Below are positions 20,759-31,400 of a stretch of DNA of 62,716 nt, piece by piece; positions within the stretch are counted from its first letter, which is position 1; each line of letters starts with the position of its first letter. The notes beneath the pieces were generated by a model. The model did no database searches and had not been told where the DNA came from. It worked only from the letters and a program-made list of their open reading frames with translations. A program made the position numbers and the translations under genes. Origin of the DNA: a virus (taxonomy: Duplodnaviria; Caudoviricetes); the IMG/VR virus record IMGVR_UViG_3300044613_003165, positions 1-62,716 of that record. One strand, 5' to 3'.

Positions 20759-22810
20759 TTATAACTCCGTTAGTCCTGGTCTAATATCTACTCCTGGTGG
20801 AGAAGTAAATGTATACCTTACTAATGTTCCTACTGTGTTCGGAATAGTGCCTAATGGTAGCCAAGTTAATCCGTTATCTGTAGAATATTGAAATTGACTT
20901 GTGTGACTTGTTGTATTTTGATCTACTAACAATACGTTAGATAAATCGTATGCTCTAAATCGTAAAGCCGGTACGGTTGAAGAATAAGCGGTTTTTAATC
21001 TAAACGCAATTCTAGATGGGGTGTTGTTATCTGAAAATTCGTCTGAAAATTCCCAATTATCTGAAATTGTTGTATTTTCTTCTAGTCCTAAAATAAGTTC
21101 TGATATTTGAGCGTGAATTGATGGTCCAGTCATTAGAGTTTTAAATCTAATTTTAAATTGTATTTGATTTGCTGACGCTAATGAAGAAATATCTCTTGAA
21201 AAATCTACAGGAAGCCATCCTCCAGTAATAGAACCGAATCCGCTTGTTCTATAAAATAAGTCTAAAGTACCTGTCATGTCAATAGATTCTCTTAATGCTG
21301 TTAAAGATTTATATGTTGAAATAGGCGTGTTTAATACTTTAGTAACAATATAGCTAAAATCAAATGCCGACTCTGATCTTAAATCTATAAGATAAATTCC
21401 TCTTTGACCTACTTGGTTACAAAGAACGCCCATCCAACCTTGTTCAACATCAAGACCAATAGTAGCGACTAATGGTTGATATTCAATTAGATTAATAGAA
21501 GGGAATCCTTCTAGATATCTATTGGTTGTTCCGCCAAAAGAATAGTCTATTTGGTTGTTTACTACAGGTTTTATAACGTTTAGTGTTGTAGTTGTGTAAA
21601 CTGTTTTGTCTAAAACGTTTGAATAGGTTGCATACCCTGCGGCTGGTGCTGTTATTTGGTTAACTGTTCCAAGTAAGTTAGATGTGGTTAAGCTTGGCCA
21701 AGTTACAGCGCCAGCGGTTAATTCGCTTAGTCTTCCTAAATATAGGTTAGTGCTGGTAGAAAAAAACGCGCAGTTTTGTCCAGAATTAGGTCCGTATTGA
21801 GGTGTAGCAAAATCTTCTGAGTCGGTTAAAAGAAGTGTTCCGGTTAAAGCTGGTAAATTTCCTGTTCTAAATACAAAGTTATTTGAACTAGTACCAAATG
21901 CTCTCCCTAATTGCGCACCAACTGATGCCGATCCTGTTGTGTTAATTGATGCTCCACCTGATGTTGCTGATAATTCAAAGGTGTTTGCCGTTGGGTTTCT
22001 TACGAAATAAACAGTGCCCACAACAAGTCCGGTTGGTAGTGTTCCTGCTGTAAAAACTACAGGATCGTTTGCTAAATATCCATGTCCAGTTAGTGTAACT
22101 ACGCCTGGAGATGCTACTGTTACCGTAGCTGATCTAACTAAATAGGTTGGATTTGTTGCTGTGTTATAAACGTAATACTGATGCGTGGTGGCGTTTCCGT
22201 TGTGAACATAGAGTCTATTTCCTGAAAAATCAAGTACGCTTCCTGCTGTAGCTGTTTGTAGTTGGTTTACTCCAATATTAGTTGGATCTTGTATAAAATA
22301 TACTGCTTTTTGGTTGTCGCCTGTAGCAAATGGAATGGTAGGAAATCCAATAGGGGCAAAATCGGCTAAATCTACGTTGTTAACTAGATAAGTTCCTCCG
22401 TTAATTAAAATGCTACCAGTTGTTGAAATAAAAATACGCCATCCTGTAGTTCCTGTATCAATTACTTTAATTGAACGTATAGCATGAGTAGTAGCTGCTA
22501 CGTTAGCTAAGTTAATATTTAATCTTCCAATGTAAGAAGTTGCTCCTGTTGTAAAATTTATTGTGTATAAGGCTAATTGGTTAGTCGCAGTCATTGTAAA
22601 AATTCGACCATTTTGTGTAATATAAAGACTATTACTAATAGGAGCTAATCCTGCATCAGTAAACATATCTAAAAATCTATTAAGAGGAGGACCAAGCACT
22701 TGTCTAGAATTTAGAGTTTTTTGTGAAACTCTTCCTTGAATTGTTGTTTTAGTTTGATCGTAACTAGAAACAACATCGGATAATAGATCTGCTGGTAAAT
22801 ACTTTAACAT
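20759..22810 (-). CDS. Beta-rich virion appendage / receptor-binding protein
   Basis: Thr/Gly-rich; HG...D.VVF..GTLPTGL..GTVYFV....NTFELS module. Confidence 0.55.
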   Translation of the reverse strand: MLKYLPADLLSDVVSSYDQTKTTIQGRVSQKTLNSRQVLGPPLNRFLDMFTDAGLAPISNSLYITQNGRIFTMTATNQLALYTINFTTGATSYIGRLNINLANVAATTHAIRSIKVIDTGTTGWRIFISTTGSILINGGTYLVNNVDLADFAPIGFPTIPFATGDNQKAVYFIQDPTNIGVNQLQTATAGSVLDFSGNRLYVHNGNATTHQYYVYNTATNPTYLVRSATVTVASPGVVTLTGHGYLANDPVVFTAGTLPTGLVVGTVYFVRNPTANTFELSATSGGASINTTGSASVGAQLGRAFGTSSNNFVFRTGNLPALTGTLLLTDSEDFATPQYGPNSGQNCAFFSTSTNLYLGRLSELTAGAVTWPSLTTSNLLGTVNQITAPAAGYATYSNVLDKTVYTTTTLNVIKPVVNNQIDYSFGGTTNRYLEGFPSINLIEYQPLVATIGLDVEQGWMGVLCNQVGQRGIYLIDLRSESAFDFSYIVTKVLNTPISTYKSLTALRESIDMTGTLDLFYRTSGFGSITGGWLPVDFSRDISSLASANQIQFKIRFKTLMTGPSIHAQISELILGLEENTTISDNWEFSDEFSDNNTPSRIAFRLKTAYSSTVPALRFRAYDLSNVLLVDQNTTSHTSQFQYSTDNGLTWLPLGTIPNTVGTLVRYTFTSPPGVDIRPGLTEL

Positions 22811-22811
22811 A

Positions 22812-23117
22812 TTAAATTTCTCCTACTAGCCGATAAACATTACTGATATACTCGGGCGATAGTGCTGTTTGACAGTAAATGTCATCTTTTAAATTATAAG
22901 CTTTTACAAAAATAGTGCTTCCTTCTATCTTTGAAACTTGAAAAGAATAACCCCAATATGGATCTGCGGGTAAGGCTAATTCACTTACATCTAACCAATC
23001 ATTTTTCCAAATATTTATTAATCTACCATCTTCTATTCTTACTTCAGTTGAATTATTAGAATCTGATAATAAACTAGAATTAGGTGCAAATTCGTCTGTT
23101 CTTCCAAAATCTGCCAT
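22812..23117 (-). CDS. Hypothetical virion-associated protein
   Basis: Likely start MADFG right after the previous stop. Confidence 0.45.
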   Translation of the reverse strand: MADFGRTDEFAPNSSLLSDSNNSTEVRIEDGRLINIWKNDWLDVSELALPADPYWGYSFQVSKIEGSTIFVKAYNLKDDIYCQTALSPEYISNVYRLVGEI

Positions 23118-23118
23118 A

Positions 23119-23694
23119 TTAACTTTCTGTAGTGCTTTCCATTTCACCGTTAATGTTATAGGTTATGTCTTTTGTTTTAACTTGACTTGTTAGTAAATTA
23201 GTCGTAACTACTTGAATTAAATTTCCTGCTAAATTGTAATTAAAATGTTTATTAAAAACTTGAATTGCTTTGGTATTATCGACGTAAACATTAAAATCTA
23301 CAATATCTCCAGTTAAGTTATAAATAAATTCTTTAAAAGGAAAGGGTGCAGAAGTAGACCAAGCTACGTCTAATTCAAATTCTGGCGGTAGTCCTACTGA
23401 AGTAGCTAATGAACTTAGCGTTGTTTTTCTATTGCTAGAGGTTGCTATATCCCAAAATATTAGTTCGTCTATGCTATTGGCTGTTCCGTTTGGTAATGCG
23501 TTGATATTAACGCTAAAATCAATGGTGTCAGTACCGTCGTTACCGTTAATAAGAATACTGCTATCGGGCGAAGTTAAGGTAAGGGTATCGACTCCGCTTG
23601 TTGCGGTTGGACTGGTTCCTGTATCAGTTTGTATAGTATTAAAACTGTTTGTTGTGCCAGTTTCAATAGGCAATTTTCTATACGTTCTAGACAT
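23119..23694 (-). CDS. Virion structural protein
   Basis: SFNTIQTDTGTSPTA..DTLTL motif; C-terminal YD/RHS-like hairpins (YN..GNL). Confidence 0.5.
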   Translation of the reverse strand: MSRTYRKLPIETGTTNSFNTIQTDTGTSPTATSGVDTLTLTSPDSSILINGNDGTDTIDFSVNINALPNGTANSIDELIFWDIATSSNRKTTLSSLATSVGLPPEFELDVAWSTSAPFPFKEFIYNLTGDIVDFNVYVDNTKAIQVFNKHFNYNLAGNLIQVVTTNLLTSQVKTKDITYNINGEMESTTES

Positions 23695-24044
23695 TACTCT
23701 CTAGACCTCACTACTACCTTAATTTCCATATTAGAAACGCTACCTGCTGTAACATCTAAACTAACCCGACCAAAACGATAATGAAAATCTCCTACATCAT
23801 AAATATGATTTCCGGTAACTCCGTTTACAAAAACTCCGCTACCAGGGATAGGAGCAAAGTTAACGTTATCATTACTAGCTTCTAAGGTAAAGATTCCTGT
23901 AAATCCGGAACCTCCAGACCAAACCGCTTGTATTGAATAACCTTCTCTAATGTCTAATCTTACGCCATCTGTATTAATATCAGAACTTACTGCTTGTGCA
24001 GGAAATAAAACAAATTCTGATTGTACTTTTATAGTAGAACTCAT
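23694..24044 (-). CDS. Small jelly-roll virion protein (paralog of 27033-27374)
   Basis: GYSIQ..W...FTLEASNDNVNF...HIY...FHY shared with 27033-27374. Confidence 0.6.
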   Translation of the reverse strand: MSSTIKVQSEFVLFPAQAVSSDINTDGVRLDIREGYSIQAVWSGGSGFTGIFTLEASNDNVNFAPIPGSGVFVNGVTGNHIYDVGDFHYRFGRVSLDVTAGSVSNMEIKVVVRSRE

Positions 24045-24364
24045 TAAATTAACCCTAACTTAAATAATACGTCTAAAACTATATATAAACTTGTAACAAC
24101 TAAACTTAATTTTGCTATTTTTGGTGTTTTATAAAGAACTAGTTTTGGTTCTTTTTTATTAGAGCGTTTTTTATCGTCTAAATATGCTATTTTGTTATTT
24201 TTTAAAATCCACTTTTCAGGAGGAATTCCTGATGTTGTGGTTAAATCGGGATTAACCAAAAAGGGAATTTTATCTTGTCTTAGTGCTTGTATAAAGTCCT
24301 CACCAGGATTAACATAAATCCTAGCTCCTACTTCTTTTTTAAACACTATTACTTTATCTTTCAT
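24044..24364 (-). CDS. Hypothetical protein with C-terminal TM
   Basis: Late motif upstream; hydrophobic C-terminus. Confidence 0.5.
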   Translation of the reverse strand: MKDKVIVFKKEVGARIYVNPGEDFIQALRQDKIPFLVNPDLTTTSGIPPEKWILKNNKIAYLDDKKRSNKKEPKLVLYKTPKIAKLSLVVTSLYIVLDVLFKLGLI

Positions 24365-24402
24365 GGTTAAACCCTTATATTTATTTGTTAATAGGGTAAA
24401 AG

Positions 24403-24440
24403 ATATAAAGAGACTAGGTAAATAAACCTAATCCCTTTAT
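24403..24440 (-). terminator. Hairpin / probable intrinsic terminator after fibre gene
   Basis: ATAAAGGGATTAGG-loop-CCTAGTCTCTTTAT on minus strand with G-U pairs, T-rich tail. Confidence 0.55.
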
Positions 24441-24453
24441 TTTCAAGTATTTA

Positions 24454-26502
24454 TTAAACTGTGGTTACTTGGGCTCTAAACTTAATTGTTAGACTTACGA
24501 AACCTGCTGCGTTAGGTGAGGTATATTGAACCTGACCGGCTGAGGTAATTGTAAAGTCTACTCCAGAAACATCACCTGTTGCTGTAGCGCTCATAGACCA
24601 GTCCGCACCTCGTTGAACGCCCATAAGCTCAAATACTTCAAAAGCGTCAGAGGTAGCGTCTAAGTGTACGCTTACTAAAGCTTTAAATGCCCTAACTGTT
24701 CCGTTAGCAAAAGCTAAGCCTGTAACGTTAGCTGGTGTTGCTACGTTATTAGCTCCAGCAAAACTTGTAAGATTAATATCGCCTGTAGCCGCTGATGGTA
24801 CTGCTGCCCAAGATAGTCCTGTAGCGGCGGCGCTATTGGCCACTAATACCTGACCGTCAGTTCCTACGCCTAAACGAACGTTATCTGTTCCATTGTGAGC
24901 AATTAAATCGCCTTTGGTTGTACTTGGGGCTAGTGCGTCAAAAGCTGCTGTTTGGGAAGTTTGACCAGTACCGCCACGAGCAATATCTAATGTAGCCGTT
25001 GAACTAAGTACACCTGAACCGTCATTTACTACAATGTGGTTAGCTGTTCCTGCTGCTAACTTAGTTCTAGCAATAGCTGCGCTTGTCGCAATATCGCCAT
25101 TAACAATAGAGTTAGATAGAGATAGTTTACTGTATGCAATACCTGCTGCGCTATTAATATCAGCATTTACGATAGAATCGGTTAAACTTAACTTGCTATA
25201 AGCAATAGCTGCTGTATTACTTACTTGAGTATTAGAAATGCCGCCATCTGCTACTTTTAAACCCGCTCCTGATTTGCTTAATGTCGATCCATCAAGCTCT
25301 AATTGAAACTGTAATGCGACTAATTCAATACCTTGACCGTCTGCTGTATAAGCTGCTCCGGCTGGAAAACTTACGAATGTGATTGGTGTGGTGCCTAAAG
25401 TTCCGCCATCGTCTGAGGTGCATATCCAAGCGGTATCTCCGTTTACGCTACCTTCTTGAACAAGCATAGCGGCGGCAGGTACTTCTACCCATGAATCCAT
25501 ATCGGATGCTCTAGACCAAGCTCCTGATGCTGCTACATAAATACCGTTATTTTCTTGTGCAGTTTGATTTTTTACAAGAACTCGATCATTTGCTACTAGA
25601 GTAATTCCATCTACTGTTAATAGTCCTGATAAGGAAGAAATATTTGCCGTTGTTGCTACACGCACTGCATTTTTCCATTTAGCGCCTGCTGCTAAGTTAT
25701 CAACATATAGTTTGTTAGCTGCATCATTGGCTGCTGTAGGAGTAGCAACGTTAATAATTTTACGACTATTTACGTCGATATCTGTTCCACTCCAATCAAG
25801 TTTTACTGTAGATCCAGTACGTAATTGACGAGATTGCCAATCTACCGATACACTAGCTACGTTATCTTGTAATGTACGGTCGCTTGTTCCTGTACCGCCT
25901 CGTGATACGGCTAGTTGCGCTTCTGATGATAATACACCAGAACCGTTATTAATTACAACATGATCTGCTGTACCAGCAGCTAGTTTAGTACGAGCGATAT
26001 TAGCAGAAGCGTTTACTTCTGTGTCGCTAATAGCACCGGCTACAATTTGAATATCTCCGGTATTGGATACCGTTACGTCTCCACTGGGAGTAACCGCTGT
26101 TGCAACGTTAGAAACGTTACCTACAAAGATTTGACCGTTGTTTAATGTTGTTCCTAGTTTGCCGTCTAGTTGAGTTTGAATAGGAGAAGTAACTCCGTCT
26201 AGTCGTTGAAACTCGGCGTTTGATACGCTACCATCTGCAATCTTAGCCGCGTCAATAGCTGCACCAGCTTTAATATCCGCGTTTTCGATGTTAGTAATGG
26301 TGTTTTGATCTGCGTCAATGGTTTTGTTGGTTAAAGTAGCTGAGCTATTTTCTTCAACAAGAACTCGAGTAGCGGAACTACCTCTAACCTGTACTTTATC
26401 AATCGTACTATTATAACCAACATCACCCTGTTCAGTAAGTGTTGGCGAGCTTAACGGTTCAATATTAAGCGACTTTTTAATTTTTGTTGAATTTGATGCC
26501 AT
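24454..26502 (-). CDS. Fibre protein 2 (head/tail fibre)
   Basis: TLTNKTID repeats, GGTG repeats, DAANKLYVD and VRVATTANI...DRVLVKNQT..ENNGIY fibre module. Confidence 0.7.
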   Translation of the reverse strand: MASNSTKIKKSLNIEPLSSPTLTEQGDVGYNSTIDKVQVRGSSATRVLVEENSSATLTNKTIDADQNTITNIENADIKAGAAIDAAKIADGSVSNAEFQRLDGVTSPIQTQLDGKLGTTLNNGQIFVGNVSNVATAVTPSGDVTVSNTGDIQIVAGAISDTEVNASANIARTKLAAGTADHVVINNGSGVLSSEAQLAVSRGGTGTSDRTLQDNVASVSVDWQSRQLRTGSTVKLDWSGTDIDVNSRKIINVATPTAANDAANKLYVDNLAAGAKWKNAVRVATTANISSLSGLLTVDGITLVANDRVLVKNQTAQENNGIYVAASGAWSRASDMDSWVEVPAAAMLVQEGSVNGDTAWICTSDDGGTLGTTPITFVSFPAGAAYTADGQGIELVALQFQLELDGSTLSKSGAGLKVADGGISNTQVSNTAAIAYSKLSLTDSIVNADINSAAGIAYSKLSLSNSIVNGDIATSAAIARTKLAAGTANHIVVNDGSGVLSSTATLDIARGGTGQTSQTAAFDALAPSTTKGDLIAHNGTDNVRLGVGTDGQVLVANSAAATGLSWAAVPSAATGDINLTSFAGANNVATPANVTGLAFANGTVRAFKALVSVHLDATSDAFEVFELMGVQRGADWSMSATATGDVSGVDFTITSAGQVQYTSPNAAGFVSLTIKFRAQVTTV

Positions 26503-26511
26503 GATTTCTCC

Positions 26512-27033
26512 TTAATCAATGTCCCAATTATCTACTTTATATTTAAATGTAGCGTCTAAACCTAAATTATTTGTTGTGTACAAGAGTCTTAAACTACCAG
26601 CATTTACGTCAGCGGTAAATACTACTCCATTGTTACCATTTGATGAAATTCCGCTTTGGCTAAAAAAAGCATCAGTTCCATCGGTGCTTAACCTAATTTC
26701 ACCATTTTCTACGAAAGTAGCTCTTGAAATACTGTAACTAATAATAACATTACTTTGGGTTGCGGTGCTAAAGCTTAAAGCTACTGTCGGGGTTAGTGTG
26801 TTATTTATTAAAGTAACAGAACCTAAAGGTAATGCTGCTGACTGATTTATCCAAGAAGTTCCGTTCCATGTGTATACATTCCCTGTATCTTGTGTGATTC
26901 TAGCGTCACCTAGTGAATTGCCTGTAGGAGGTAAAGCTCCGGAATTAGCTACTGGATCTTTCCAACTAGCGCTACCTCCGCCACCTCCACCGCCTGAGCC
27001 AAATAAATCGGGTATTACGTTAATAAAAGACAT
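26512..27033 (-). CDS. Virion structural / fibre-associated protein
   Basis: Poly-Gly linker, LP.TGN..GD......VYTWNGTSW module, C-terminal beta domain. Confidence 0.55.
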   Translation of the reverse strand: MSFINVIPDLFGSGGGGGGGSASWKDPVANSGALPPTGNSLGDARITQDTGNVYTWNGTSWINQSAALPLGSVTLINNTLTPTVALSFSTATQSNVIISYSISRATFVENGEIRLSTDGTDAFFSQSGISSNGNNGVVFTADVNAGSLRLLYTTNNLGLDATFKYKVDNWDID

Positions 27034-27374
27034 TATTCTTCTTCTCTAGCTGTAAATTTCATTTCCATAGTACCGCTTCCGCTTACTCGTTCAAAACGAC
27101 ACCTTACGTACTCGTAATGGAATAAAACTGCATTATAAATATGAGTTCCTGATGATCCTGAAATAGCCTGGTTTGTATTAGCTATTGCGGTAAAGTTTAC
27201 ATTATCATTACTAGCTTCTAATGTAAAAGTACCTACTAAACTGCTAGATGACCAGTTAATTTGAATAGAATAACCTACTAATGTTTCTAAATCTTTAGTT
27301 AAACTTACTACCGTAGCGTTTACTAATTGACTAGGTAATATATCTACACGTTCTGTAATGGCTAATTTAGACAT
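27033..27374 (-). CDS. Small jelly-roll virion protein (paralog of 23694-24044)
   Basis: Shared GYSIQ / FTLEASNDNVNF / HIY / FHY motifs. Confidence 0.6.
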   Translation of the reverse strand: MSKLAITERVDILPSQLVNATVVSLTKDLETLVGYSIQINWSSSSLVGTFTLEASNDNVNFTAIANTNQAISGSSGTHIYNAVLFHYEYVRCRFERVSGSGTMEMKFTAREEE

Positions 27375-27388
27375 TGCTACTCCCTAAT

Positions 27389-28459
27389 TTATTTGTTATT
27401 ATGTTTTAGGTGTAGGGCGGCGCTGGCCATAACCATATAGTTGTTATTTTGTTGAGAATACAAGAACTTATCGTCTTTGGGATAGTTTTGTGGCCACATT
27501 ACTGGATTATCAAAACTTTCCAGTGTTTTAATTGCTTTTTGTCTAAAGTCTTCGTCTATCGCGCCTGCTGACCAAGCAAAGCCTGTAATCCAGGGTTGAG
27601 CATTACCTGCTGGTGCTAAATCTTGAGCTATCCATTTAAGTCCGTGTTTATAGCCGCCTTTAAGTTTATTTAATACCCATAGATTCATTGCTGTAATGTG
27701 TTCAGCGTAGTACCATCTTTGCGTTTTAAAAAACATTACCGGAACCGCGCTATAAAACCAACCGCCACAAATTAACCAGTGTAGGTAGTACGCTAAGTGC
27801 CATAATCCGCCTAGCTCTTTAGAGGCTAAGGCTAATAAAGCTTGACTAGTAAAAAATGCTGGTCCTGTAATTGGTTGCATAATACCCCAATCACGTTTCC
27901 ACCATTTTTCACCTATTGGCCAACCATCAACTACGGTAGCTAATCCTCCGTTAGAACTTCTAGCTGAGACTCCTTGGCGTCTCTCCCAAGTTACTCCAAA
28001 ACAATTAGCTAAATAACTAGTCGCAACTTTTTTAACTAAATCTTTTCTATCAATACCCCAATAAGTATAACAATATACCCAACTAGTTAAACAATCTCCA
28101 CTTACGCCAATAGGATCATTTTTAGGATATTTGCGGTATAAGGAACCGGAAGGTCTGACTACTTGTTCGATTAGCTTTTTAGCACGTTCAGGAAATAATT
28201 TACCGTTAGCGTCCTGTATTAAAAGCGTATGATCGTCGTTACCTATAAATTTATATTTATCTGTAGGAGCGTATACCGCTTTTTTAATAATTTCTTCTAA
28301 AGTATCTTTTCTTTTTAGATTTAACGGTAAAGCTTGTACTTTAGGTTTTACTTTTAATAAAAAGTAGGGTAAGTAAAAAAGTTGTGCTAAAATAACTAGG
28401 TAGTCTAGTATCTTTCCTGGGAAAAATAAAGCCCACCTAGTTATTCTGTGTAATAACAT
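27389..28459 (-). CDS. Hypothetical Trp-rich, partly hydrophobic protein
   Basis: 356-aa ORF between fibre genes; no recognised motif. Confidence 0.5.
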   Translation of the reverse strand: MLLHRITRWALFFPGKILDYLVILAQLFYLPYFLLKVKPKVQALPLNLKRKDTLEEIIKKAVYAPTDKYKFIGNDDHTLLIQDANGKLFPERAKKLIEQVVRPSGSLYRKYPKNDPIGVSGDCLTSWVYCYTYWGIDRKDLVKKVATSYLANCFGVTWERRQGVSARSSNGGLATVVDGWPIGEKWWKRDWGIMQPITGPAFFTSQALLALASKELGGLWHLAYYLHWLICGGWFYSAVPVMFFKTQRWYYAEHITAMNLWVLNKLKGGYKHGLKWIAQDLAPAGNAQPWITGFAWSAGAIDEDFRQKAIKTLESFDNPVMWPQNYPKDDKFLYSQQNNNYMVMASAALHLKHNNK

Positions 28460-28460
28460 T

Positions 28461-31400
28461 TTAACCTACTTTAACAATTGATAGTGTTGTGTAGCCAGAG
28501 TTAATCGAATGGTTTAAATTTCCTCCAGTGTTTTGAAAGCCTCGTATGTCAAGATTATCACCAGCATTACAACGAATTGATTTACAAAACGGAGTTGCTG
28601 CATCAAAAATACCTAATGGGTTAGCTGCAATAATAGCTTCGTATTCAATAATACTTCCGCTATTTTTACGAATTTCTGCTCCTCTTGTCCCTGTGTTGTT
28701 TGTAACATATCCCACCGTTCCTGAAACCATGTAAACGCCAGATACTGGGACAGTAAACACCCCAGAAGAAGCATCAAATGCGTTGTGCGTGTCTGATTGT
28801 TTGGTCCAACTCGTTACAATTTGCCAGTTGCCCGTCGCGGTATGGGCTCCACTTGTTTTAACGGCATTTACTGAAACAACTTCACCGGCCCCAATCGCTT
28901 CGGGTCCTGCTATTCTTTTAACTGTACAATAATTGTAAAGCGCGCTGGTAGATGTCGGCGTGACTGCGCCCCTGCTATGAAAAGCTCTCACGGAGATTGT
29001 ATCGCCTGCATTTAATCTATAAGTGCTTTGTCCTGATACAGAGAGATCTAAAACACCTGTCGCTGAAACTTGAACACGACCAATTCGCTCGGTATCCGCT
29101 CCGTTTATGAACACTAGTAATTCAGCGGCTGTTCCCGCGCCCCAGTTTGCTGCTCCATATAATAGTTGAGCAAAAACTTCATACAATCCGCTTACAGGGG
29201 CAGTAAATATCCAACCGGCTCCGGTCGTGACAGCAGAGTGTGTGTCATAAACTCGTGTTTCGAAATCTATAGCAGTAATGGTTGAGCTGTTTATGTTTTG
29301 CACTCCAGCTTTGCTATATTTTGCTCCAACAACTCTCGCTTGCTCAGCTACCGCGAACCCGCTTGCGGTAATCATGGAAACGTCCCAGTTGGAACCTCCG
29401 AAAACGGTAGCATCACTGAACAGAGTTACCGTTGTGTTTGCGGCGCTCCACAATTCGTAAAAGTCACCAGCCACTGCATTGTCTTCAAACACAAACGCAT
29501 TTGCGCTTCCTGCCGTAGCTGATGCCAAAGCGTTTGATGTCCTAATGTCAGCCACACCATTTTTACGAAGCCTGACTTCAGTGTTAGTAAGTCCAGCCGC
29601 GTTGGCAAAATTCAAAACTCCGCCAAAACGGTATCGACCAGCCACAGGCACAACAAAACGAAAATTAGTCAGATCGTAGTTTCCGTTGTTGTCGGAAACA
29701 ATGGCGTTCATCTGTACTTTAGATAAAGTGCTAGTAATTGTTTGACCTGTAGTGGCTCTTTTTACAGTAGCTCCGACAGTCAGTTGCGGAGTAGGGTTTT
29801 GCGATTGCCGTCGTACCTTCAAATTTCTAACCTTGATCGTGTAGGAAGACGCGCTTGTCGTAGCGACATGGAAGATCAAACGATACAAAGTCCCAGTGGC
29901 GTTAGCTTGGAACTGCCCACGAAAAAACGAGCTTTGTTGTGTTGCGGAAGCCGAACGGCTTAGTTGAAACGTACTTGGCTGAATCAGTTGGTTGTTTGTG
30001 AGGTCGTAAATCCAAACAGTGACGTCGTTGTTTGCGTAGTTTGCGCTGGTCAGAAAATCAAAAGACAAATCAATGACACGAGTCCGCTCGTCGGCACCTA
30101 TGCGAAAAACTCCAGACCAGCCTTGTCCTTGTACGTTTGAAGCTGGCTTGTTCAAAACAAAAGCTGGACTCGTCGCGAATTCTGAAACTTTTGTAATAGT
30201 CATTCCGACTGCCGGAGATCCTCCAGTACCATCGGTCGGGGTTGCTCCGCTGTCAGCATAGGCCGCCCAGTAGTTCGCCGCACCAAAAAAACCAGGCGTG
30301 TATTCTTGACTCAAGAGCGCGCCATAGTTTTGTTCAACGTTAGTCAAAACCGTGTTTTTGTATAATGAACTTGCTTGAAAGATTTGAATGTCAGTTGCTG
30401 AAATAGCAAGACCCACTGGAATCAATTGATACAAATCTAAAAACAAGCTTACGTTTGCGGGTGGCTGAACGTATGCCCCTTGAATGTTTGGATCTGCGTA
30501 AACTAAAGCGCCAGGAGTCAACCCAGAAAACCCAGTAATGACCCCACTTGTTTGTACGTTAACAGGATTGCCACTCGTGGCGGCAGCTTTCGCGAATCCA
30601 ATAATGGTTTTGGCGGCGTTTATATTGATAAGCGATCTAATTGCTCCACCGCTATCGTCTACGGCGACAAGGTCCCGAATGGCGATATTTTCAGCGGCGG
30701 TTAAAGTGACAACGCTGCTCGAGCCCCCTTCTGAACCGCTTCCGCCTACTACGCACCATCGTTGAGATGTGCTATCATACTTTAACCAAATAGAAGCGTT
30801 ATTTGTTAGGGTTAATGTGCCGTTAGTTCCTGTTAAAATTCTATTAGCTGCTGTAGGTGTAGCGTTGTCGTTTAATACTGAAATATCAGCTCCGCTTACG
30901 TTCCTAACTAATAGTAATTGTCCGTTAACTCCTGCCGCAATACCGCGTAGGTTAGTTACTGCTCCGGTTAACCGAATAGCTGCTCGATCTGTAATTGTAA
31001 GAGCATCTACGTTACCAGTTGAAGCGTCGTTAGTATCAGGTAAAGCAATGCTATCGTTTAATGTTTTAATACCATCGACTGTTTGTGCTGTTGTTAGGTC
31101 TACGAAGTTTTGTGTAGAAGATCCTGTACCGCCATTGGCTACTGGTAAAATTCCTGTTACTTCTGTAGCAAGATCTATGTTAGAAGAACTAAGAACTGTT
31201 CCGTTTGATTTTACTACGCCTGCTCCTGGTACTACGGCTACTGTACCGGAAGCTGGAAAGGTAGCGCTAGAGCTTACTCCGGTCCCACCTCTTGTTGTAG
31301 CTAATTGTGCTTCTGAACTAAGAACACCTGAACCGTTATTAATAATAACATGATCTGCTGTACCAGAAGCTAGTTTAGTACGAGCAATAGCCGCTGAAGC

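Noticed and set aside
8284-31353. Numerous + strand ORFs opposite the structural genes (e.g. 8284, 9610, 28546-31353)
   Set aside because: Antisense shadows of long minus-strand genes, without SD or recognisable motifs.
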